Source of the DNA: the human T2T-CHM13v2.0 reference genome, Homo sapiens
NCBI RefSeq assembly: GCF_009914755.1
Contig: NC_060945.1
Direction: 5' to 3' (one strand)
Length of the DNA stretch: 64,000 bases
Positions within the stretch are counted from its first letter, which is position 1, and every line of letters starts with the position of its first letter. This document shows positions 54,024 to 64,000 of the stretch, piece after piece. The notes below the pieces were generated by a model that was not told where the DNA came from, did no database searches, and saw only the letters and a program-made list of their open reading frames with translations. Position numbers and translations under genes: made by a program.

Positions 54024-57000
54024 TTTTAAATGATCTTGAAAATAACTTATAATCTTAAAAATGCATGAGCTAAAATGTGTGTGTTTTAATGAAATCAGGG
54101 GTATATTATTATTCAAAGTAATTCCAGTGTGAATCTTTTCAAAGTGAAGAATCTCTTTTAAAAACAAATTATCTCCCATCTATTTTGGATATTAATAGGG
54201 ATTTGTTTGTACATGGACTTCCTATTGTATAAGATGAGGTCAATATAGGAATCATGGAAGCAAGAGTGTGAAGAAATAAAATGCCTTCAAAAGAATACAT
54301 TGAACAAGCAATACATAAATTGCTTTTATTTAGAAATGCATTAGTTCAAAGATGATTTATACAGAATTTATTTTAATTCAGTAAGATGTTGGGTGAAATT
54401 ACCTTTCACTATTTATAAACAAAGATAACTCTATATTAATTCCAAATAAAAAATTTTCATTCTTAGAGAAAAGCATTATTTTACAAATTTTCAGGTCTCT
54501 ATTTACACACAAGTAATTGCTATGTAAGCAAGAGCAAGTATTGTTGTTTGTACACTCTACTAATTGCAAATGATTCTTAGCTAGTAATTAAAGTAACTTT
54601 AAAAAGACAACATTTGGTTTACTTGGTTTGCCTGGCTGTGCACATAAAAATAATCAAACCGTCTTTAAAGCCAGAAGACTATCCATGAATTTAGAGAAGT
54701 CTAAATTAGGCTGCTTTGCTAAATTTTAACTGATTACTCATTTAATATCTGTATCTTTTCTTCCCCTAAGGTCCTTTTAAAGTACTTAAGGACTATATTA
54801 TTTCTAGTTTATTGACTTTTAAAACTCTAAACTAAATAGAGAGTATGACATTTCTGTCAAATCTAAATCAATATCTTGCATATAACACCAGTGTCTTAAC
54901 CTATATGTGCAACATTTTGTTTTGTAGAGTAAAAATCTTTATGGCTTTAAACATCAATTTTATTACTTTTAAGTCCACATTGCCTGGTAGGTGTCCTCTG
55001 ATCATCATCCTTCCAAGAATAACCCCATTTTTAGTTGCTATTTCCTATCTGCAATAAGAAGCTTTTGTGCATATTTTGAAAACTTTGCCTAAAATTAAAA
55101 TGTACCCAAATTGAAACCAGTGTTTATAGTGTAATACATATCTCTTTTTAGCATTACAATGAAAATGCTTTTTTACACATGCCTGAAATTTCAACAGCTA
55201 CTACGGTATTTTCCCTATCTTCCTTAAAAAAAATTATCATTCAAAATAATTCCAATTTATTTTGGGTATGAATAGAGATTTTCAATTTAGAAAATGAGTA
55301 ATTTTATTGTTACGACTGTTATAGCCCCATGAAAACTATATTTTGCCAATTTCTATTGGCCTGTGTCATTTTATCACATTTAAAATCTATAATCACACTA
55401 GCAAATATAATTTTGCCTGACTTTTTAGACAGTCTCTAAACTTAAAAGTTTTCCAACAGTATGACACACAACTTTAGGGGCACATGCAGCATATGCTTTT
55501 ATTGCATGTAAGTCCTTGGACTTTTATATTTATTTCATGTATTTTAAATATTTCTTGAAATCAAGAGCGTTAATATTATTAGTAACAAACATCTGTGGTC
55601 ATTTTCTTCCATTTGTCACATAGCTAATACAGAGTATATAGTATTACTTTTGAGTGGCCTTATGTAACATCTCCTTTCTAAATTCCTGAAAGTAAGTTAC
55701 GACCAGAATTACATACTAAAAAGAGTCAAAGAATACATTACCTACTTCTATAAATGGATAATTTTATAGTAATCTAAATAAAAATGAGACCAGAATAAAT
55801 ATTTTTCTAGCCTTCTCTGGAATGCTAAGCAGTGTTGGGGAGGGAGTTAATAAGAAAGAGAGTTAAAAGTAAACAGTGCTTGTAGTTTAACAGTTGTCTC
55901 TTAGGGCACTGTTTTATGAAGATCTTTCAGAAAAGAAATTTTCTTCAGATTGCTTATGCTGTGTAAATATTACCTCAGATAAGGGCCACATTTTGGGTAA
56001 ATAAGTCTGCATAAACATAAGACTGCTTTATGTTGGTATCCTTAGTTTTTCTGTATTAATTCAAAATTCAAACCACAATTCCCCATAACACACTCTATAA
56101 AATGGTATTCATGACTTCATACAGCGAGGATGATGTTTTCCTTTATAAATGCCACATTAAATCTGTATATTTTTAAATGGAAAAATTGTGAGAATACCAA
56201 CATAACCACAGGTTGCCCTCCATCCTCTGTCCAATAAATTCTAACTTTACGTTTTTACTATCTGACAGAAATACTTTACAGTCTTGAGGGGGGGAAAGAC
56301 TGCCTTTTTTCTTGTACATTGTCTGTGTGACTTTCTGTTGAGAATGTATTATGTATCAAGGACATTAAAATTTATATCTGCATAGGACAAGTTTAGAGAG
56401 TATATTTTCTCCAAAAATAATACTAGGAAAACTTAAAAGAGAATTTTACCACATAGAAAGAAAACATGAAAATAAACTTTTGAAATATATGTGTAATTAC
56501 CAAAAATATGCTGGAAACAACTAATCTTCTGCTGGAAAAAAAACAAATAACAATAAATTATATCTATTTTAAATTGACTCTGAATGTTATAGTCACGAAC
56601 AAGAGTTTAGCAAACCTAGAAGGTTAAATCTTGATTTATATATGTTTTTATGTTAAAATATGTTTTTCAATTACCAAAATTAGTAACTGTTACCAAAATA
56701 TAGGAATTCATTTACATAGCTATAAAAATATTACATTTAACTTAATATTGAAGTATTAAAAACAGTAGATAATCATGCTCAGACTTATTAAGAGGAAGAA
56801 AACCCTTTGTTGCCATTACATAGTTGACAACAAAATATCAGTGGAAGATTTTCTTCTTAAATAAAGCTAAGGAGAGCAAATAGCTAATATTGCAACTCTT
56901 ATCTAGTCTCAGGTTATATTGGTAGTAGCTCCTTAAGCTGACTGACTTATACTCTGAAATACATTTATTTAAAAAGGACTGGGCCCTCTGTTGAATATAC

Positions 57001-58447
57001 AATTCAATTTTAGTTTCGACTTCATTAGCTGAGGTAAATTATCACATTGGCATCCCATAATATCATTTCACTTTACTTAGAAGTCTTCTAGATCTTTCCA
57101 TTCCATATAGTTAGTTCTGTCTCTCCTCTTTTCTTTTTTTTATAATTATTTTGGATGAACATTTGGGGAGGTAGAAATATTTCATACGCACACATTATAT
57201 CCTATACACATTTAAGAGACTAAGTGTCTGGCTTTCTGGCTCCCAAGATGATATCTAGAAAAATTAATAGAAATTAAATCTATGCCCTACCCAGTAGACT
57301 ATTAGAAGCTCTTTCCTACCGCTGTGTCCTACATAAAACACCTCATACTCCAGACTGTGAGGTCTGAAAACACAGAAAAGCAAAAACCGTGTTCAGCAAT
57401 GAAAAGAACATGATTTGTCACGTGGCAGGGATTTCCCCACTGACCAATTAAAATAAGAAGCCCCATCTTCTCTTCTTTAACTAGAGGATAGTCATAACAA
57501 AGGATTTTTTTTTAGTAGGCGATAAAATAGAGAGAAACTGATGAGCATCTTCAAGGCTTCTCAGGGACATTAAACATCCCCCTAACAAAGACTAGAGAGA
57601 AGAAACACACTGGTATGCTTCATGTTCTTTTGGAATATTTGGGTATCTTAGAGAGACACTAACAATTTTGTCCTATGAGATCACAGTAAAAAACTATATA
57701 TTCAGCCATTTCAAACTCACTTTAGAAAAGAAAAAAGTATACAAAATGCATAGCTGATTATAGCTGTCATTTCTATTCTTTTGTATATATCACATGACAC
57801 CAATGTCAAAAATTAATTATAAAAGTAGTTACAAGTAGTTACTTTTATAATTATACAGCTAAAAATGAATATAAGTTATATTTTTACTCATGGTTTTGGT
57901 GTTGTCAAAGCTCATATTTCAGCATAATCCTTTATTTGCTGTTGAGTTGTGGAGTTTATTTGGTTTTTAAGTGCAATTTATTTTTTCTTTATTTGTACAT
58001 TAATTATTGAAAAAAACAAGAAGAATATTAAATAAAACCAACATACATGGAGATATATCCTGTAGTAGAATGCTTTCTTTGGCTTTCATGATTAAAATGT
58101 TAATGAAGTGGACAAGCAGTTCTTTAATAATATGAAGCAATAAACATAAGGGAAGAAGAAGGTAAAAAAATAAAATGATGTGACTCACCCATGTCAAATA
58201 TTGCATACCCATCACCAAATCTAAAAACTATTCACGTAGGTATATTGTAGTCCATGTCTTTAACATCAATTACAACCCCCCCTTTCCTCAAGATTAGCCA
58301 CAGGACAAATTAGAAGCTGCTCTGTGGATGCTGCTTCTCTTTAAAAACTGGTTTCCCTGAATCAATAATACTGAACTTGACCTAGTTAGAAAGTATGTTC
58401 ACAGAAATAACCCTCAGTCTTCACCTGTTAAAAGTGAAGATTTATTG

Positions 58448-58596
58448 CTTGGGTGGCTGAGGCTAGAAGATCATTTGAGCCTAGGAGCTGGAGGATACAG
58501 TGCACTATGATCCCCCACCTGTGAATAGCCACTGCACTCCAGCCTGGGCAATATAACAAGACCCCATCTCTTAAAAAAAAAAAAAGTTTTTAATTA
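58448..58596 (+). mobile_element. FAM (fossil Alu monomer), 5'-truncated, with 18-bp TSD
   Basis: Carries the 7SL-derived cctgtgaatagccactgcactccagcc segment absent from dimeric Alus; TSD aaaagtgaagatttattg (58430-58447) / aaaagtgaaggtttattg (58597-58614). Confidence 0.9.
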
Positions 58597-61500
58597 AAAA
58601 GTGAAGGTTTATTGACATTGTGACAACATGGATAATACAGATTAAGTCAGCAAACCATAAAGATTTTCCAGTGTGCCTAATGTCTAAAATTATAATTTAG
58701 TTATCATTTAGTAGTTCCATTAAATTATTTTCTATACAGGTAATCACGTATTTGATTTCTTTTCCAATATAGGCAATTTTAAACTCAGAGAGCTGGAACT
58801 AATAAAACCTAGGGAATGGAAATCTAAATTATAAACCATTCTTTTACAGATTCCATGATTAACCTTTGAAAAAATTAAGCCCAACCTCCAAACACAGACT
58901 ATATAAAAATTATTTATAATTTGCAGGTATTAGTGGCTTAATACAGCATATATTTGCTATCAGCTTTTGCATTTTAAAAGAAAAATTAAAGACAAAAATC
59001 TTAATACAAAGTAATAAACTACTAATCATAAAATTCTCTCCTATATTCTTTTAGAACACAATGAAAGGAAATTATTTGCTTTTTATGAGAAACTGATATA
59101 CTTTCTCTCCATAGATGATGAAAATAACTTTCTTTGACTACCAAGAAATATATAATCAAATTTGTAGACCACTTTTAATTTTTTAAAAAAATCCTGGATC
59201 TGTATTTTTTACCTTCCTGACCTCTTACTATAATTTATCTTTTCTCTGGTCCTGAATCTCTGTAAGCTGACTTGCTTTCAGGGGAATGACACTGTGCACA
59301 TAATACAGCATCACCTGGGTCTTCCAAGATTTGGTCTCCACCATCACCTCACCACCACCCTGTCCCACCTGTCCACAAACAGTTTGGAAGTTTCCTCTTT
59401 TCAGCTTTCCTCTTTCCAAACTTAAGCTTCCGTATGTACAATGTAGCTCTCTCCTACTTAAAGAAAAATAAATTCAGAGTGATCCTCCTAAAGTTGTGAA
59501 ATAAGATCAGTCTGTAGTTTTTCCATCTGTCCTCCGTTGAGTCCTCCTGGTCAGGCTCCCAGGACCTCCAACATGTGAGATTTGTGCCTCTACTTGACCC
59601 TTGGCATCGAACCAAGCCAAATTCCTCTTCAGATGTAGATGGGCAATGTTTTCTAATTTACACAGGGCTTGTACCTTACCCCATTTACTCAAATAAATAA
59701 TAACACTTAAATTTTCTACATTACATGCACACGTTTCTCAAAAAAATTATCTACGGAATTTATCTTAATTGTATTTATTTTAAATATTTCTGGGAAAGCA
59801 TTCCTAGGGAAGACTTCTTAGTTCCATTTATTGTCAAAGAGGAAATGGAGTGGGGCCTTTTATTTTTTGTGTGTGTTAAATATAGAGTATTAATTGGTAT
59901 AAATATTCCGGGTAGAATTTCTAAATAAATTCAAAACATGCTTTGTTTTTAGAAAAGATACATATTAATGCCCTAAACCTAAACTAAAACTAAACCAGAT
60001 GAAATGCTGTGTCTTAACGCAAGTCAGGCACCATTTACTTGCCTCCCAAAGTTTCCAGTCAATCTACCTTCAAGTTGCACAGTGCTTTCCATTCAGCAGG
60101 AATGGCTGCTGTTCTAAATGCTGAAGATTTTTATTTTCTCATTTATATCCTTTTAACAAGTAATTAATGGGTTTAAATACCTTCCTGCATGATTACAATT
60201 TTCTCTTATTAGCTTTTAGCTGTGTGTGATATTCAACATCCATTCCTCTTTGTTTTTAGAAAGTACTTTTTAAAAATCTGAAGTTTAAACACAGGGTATA
60301 AAATTTCTATTTGTTTTATATTTCCATAACATCAAATAATAATCTCTCTAAACTTGTATTTTGAAATACAAAATACTTCCTTCTTCCTCTGGATCAACAA
60401 AATGGGTTTAATTAATCTTATGCCCTTATTTAAGGTTTTAGGAAATAATAATCGCCATTCTTTAGCAGGCAAAAATTATGGATACAGTAGTTACAATAAA
60501 TTAACTCAAATGATCTCACAAATGAAAAAATTTTCCCGGTTAAGAGTGTAAAAACTCTACTGTCCTAAATTGTCTCCCAGTCACACTACTGTTACTTAAA
60601 CAACATATCTCAGTAAAAGTACAGACGTCATTTCACATTTGTCAACTCACTAATTTAATAACCACATGAAAAGGCAATAGAATTATAAAACATGTCATTT
60701 TTCCAATACTCTAATGAAATTTTTCATGTATATGAAAATTCACTTACTTGATTATGCATTTTCATTACTATTACTTTGAAAATTTATCAAAACAAAAGGA
60801 GTTGTATCGTAGCCAAAAAGACTTTTTAAATATAAAATTTGGTCTAAGTAAGATAATATTTTATAATAACATGAACTACGAAACTACAACTATATATATG
60901 AAAAAATATTGATTTTGGTAAAAACTTTCCAGCTTGATCCAAAAAATTTTTTATTTTTAAAACAATCTATATCTAGTTACTTATCAACTGATTTCCAGTT
61001 GTTCAACTGACTATAAACTGCTTTTTGTTTACAAAAATAAATTATGGTAACAATTTAAGTACTAAAATATTTGAGGTTTTTCTTTAAGGTTAATGTAAAT
61101 TTAGTGCTGACATTTTAAAAATTACTATTAAGATGGCCATTGATTACAATGATTAGTGAATATAATCAAAATCATGAAACCAAATTATTTAAGTGGACAA
61201 GCTGCTGAAGCAATCATATTCATTTAGAGGTGAGAAAGTGCAAGTTGTCTTTTTAACTGAAATCACAGTAAAATCAAGAAAAAAAAGAAACTCCCATTCA
61301 CATTCTAAGTAAAATTACATGACCAAAAAAAGTTATTTGCATATATAAAAATGCTTTCAAACTAAGGTGGATGTGTGCATAGAAATCCCTATGAAGAACC
61401 CAGATTTTGTTTCTGGGAAAAGTTAGCACATTCTCCTGGCAAATCTTTCAGAGTCTATCATTAAATTACCAGCTATAGAGAAGGCTTTTACCAAGATAGC

Positions 61501-63032
61501 TAAATTTCTAGTTGATAACTTTAAGATTTGTTTAAAAAAATAACTTCAGTATTGCAAATAATAAGAATTAATTTTTCTTTCTACAGACTAAAAGGTTTTG
61601 TTATACTCCCAAATCTGTGCCATCTTCTGCCTGACACACTATTTAGAGCTGCTCTTTTGTGTTAGTTGTTTTTCAAACTTCACTAGATGATCTCAGGAAC
61701 CTCTAGGGATTTAAATCATCATGAACAAATGATAGCGTCAGACTGATACGCTATTAAAGCAAAAGATAACTTACATTCGTAACACTAGTTATAAATAATA
61801 ATAGGACATTAGAGAGTTTTATTAGAAGAAAAATTGCCTGAAAAACTTCCTCCTATTAGGTTAACCTTCTAGAATTTCTCAAACAAACCAAATTATTTCT
61901 GCAAAATCAAAGTCAATACCTGAGTCTGTTTATAAAAATCACCAATTCACAATGCAACTATTTTTTTCTTTTCATTTAACATTTTTAAATGATTTCTTGT
62001 CTTCTTTTGTGTTTTAGCTGAATTTGTGTGCAGCACATTGTTGCTCCAGCTTAAAAACCTCCTGTGTGGTAAATGCTTGGCAGCCCTGGGGAAGGCAATG
62101 AACACGGTGAAATTCAGTGCAGTGTGGTAAGACAAGGAGAGCATGAATAATATTTGGAGATCTAGCACACCTTAGTGGAAACAATTATTATTACAACTGC
62201 TTTGAAGACATTTGAATTTTAAACTCCATTGTTTGTGAAATTCTATTTTGACTAAATAGAGGGACTTTGTTCAGGCTTTTGTTGTCTTTAGCATGATGTG
62301 TTTCTTTCCTAAACTCCCCACAGATAAGAAGATAAATTTGATCATGAATTTCTAAAAGTAGAAATCATAGGTTTTTTAGAATTAGCATAAAATTATTGTA
62401 CAACCCTCCATGGGCTATCAAATTGGGAGCAATCCAATTTTATTTGCCATCATGGTCACATATAAAGTGTCAGATTATTCTTGTTAGATGATTATTGTAC
62501 ATTTAACTTAGAAAAGCTTCTCAGGTCTGCTCCTGAGATGCTTGAAAGACTTTTGGTTTAAATAGGTTGCATATGTTCTGCTGTTAATGGCTGACCGTTT
62601 TTATTTCATATTACTAAAATGTAATCAAGAAAAAGAGAGTAGAAAATACATCACAAATATTCAGTCTACTATCTAGACAATTTCAAAAGCTTTCAATTTT
62701 ATCTCCTGTTCCATTATCTTCAATTGTAGAGTTTGGATAGGAAAAGAATTCAAAAATAAATACAAAACATTCATTCCAATACATGAAGAAAATTAGCCCT
62801 GTTCATGTACATTTTCTAATATGGATATGTTTCTAAAAATCAGAATATAATATTTATGGAGTCATTAGTAAAATGCACTTGATTATCTAAGAATCTCAAC
62901 TGCTTGATGCTTGATCAAAAACTAGGTAGAAACTAAATCATGCCTATCAACAATTAAATATTTCTGAAAAGGGGACTTCCAAAATGGTAGAATAAGAAGC
63001 TCAGCAAATACTTCCCCTAAAAAGTGACAACA

Positions 63033-64000
63033 GGGGTGGAGCCAAGATGGCTGAATAGGAATAGCTCCAGTCTATAGCTCCCAGTGTGAGCGACACAGAA
63101 GATGGGTGATTTCTGCATTTCCAACTGAGGTACTGGGTTCATCTCACTGGGGAGTGTCAGACAGTGGGTGCAGGACAATGGAAGCAGTGCACTGAGTGTG
63201 AGCCAAAGCAGGGCAAGGCATCACCTCACCCGGGAAGCACAAGGGGTCAGAGAATTCCCTTTCCTAGTCAAAGAAAGGGGTGACAGATGGCACCTGGAAA
63301 ATCAGGTCACTCCCACCCTAATACCGCACCTTTCCAATGGTCTTAGCAAATGGCACACCAGGAGATTATATCCCACGCATGGCTTGGAGGGTCCTATGCC
63401 CATGGAGCCTCACTCATTGCTAGCACAGCAGGCTGAGATCAAACTGCAAGGTGGCAGTGAGGCTGGGGGAGGGGAGCCCACCATTGCTGAGGCTTGAGTA
63501 AGTAAACAAAGTGGCTGGAAAGCTCGAACTGGGTGGAGCCCACCGCAGCTCAAGCAGGCCTGCCTGCCTCTGTAGACTCCACCTCTGGGGGCAGGGCATA
63601 GCCAAACAAAAGGCAGCAGAAACCTCTGCAGACCTTAATGTCCCTGTCTGACAGCTTTGAAGAGAGTAGTGGTTCTCCCAGCACACAGCTGGAGATCTGA
63701 GAATGGACAGACTGCCTCCTCAAGTGGGTCCCTGACCCCCAAGTAGCCTAACTGGGAGGCATCCCCCAGTAGGGGCAGACTGACACCTCACACGGCCAGG
63801 TACTCCTCTGAGACAAAACTGCCAGAGGAACGATCAGGCAGCAACATTTGCTGCTCAGCAATATCCACTGTTCTGCACCCTCTGCTGCTGATACCCAGGC
63901 AAACAGGGTCTGGAGTGTACCTCCAGCAAACTCCAACAGACCTGCAACTGAGGGTCATGACTGTTAGAAGGAAAACTAACAAACAGAAAGAACATCCACA
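63033..64000 (+). mobile_element. Complete 5' UTR of an L1PA4/5-like LINE-1 that continues beyond the window
   Basis: Starts ggggtggagccaagatggctgaataggaa (YY1 site); CpG-decayed 5' UTR; retains the ~129-bp segment at 63807-63934 that L1HS lacks. Confidence 0.95.

Noticed and set aside
58448-58596. 7SL RNA gene or pseudogene
   Set aside because: Lacks the S domain; the structure matches FAM
59228-59692. Two minus-strand ORFs as coding exons
   Set aside because: No recognisable protein similarity and no convincing acceptor/donor pair framing them

Overview
AT-rich primate (probably human or ape) genomic DNA, intronic or intergenic, dominated by decayed transposable elements. I find no intact protein-coding gene, RNA gene or CRISPR array. 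Almost every ORF in the track is a broken L1, Alu or MaLR frame, or a chance frame. Main contents: a decayed minus-strand NEK4 processed pseudogene (about 3.5-4.4 kb); four large plus-strand L1s (L1PB1-like, L1MA3-like with a nested L1PA15-like piece, L1PA7-like, and an L1PA4/5-like 5' end running off the window); a minus-strand MLT1C MaLR provirus split by the L1MA3; an old LTR16/ERVL provirus split by an L1, an Alu and a two-LTR THE1 provirus; and Alus, a FAM, HAL1, L2, MIR and hAT MITEs. Subfamily names come from my recall of the consensus sequences and need a RepeatMasker/Dfam check. I see no evidence of a new biological system. The observations most worth following up are: a NEK4 retrocopy that stops at an exon boundary, a 120-bp templated insertion inside a (TA)n tract, a MaLR provirus with mismatched LTR families, an L1-Alu fusion, and a strong L1 strand bias with candidate minus-strand non-coding exons.
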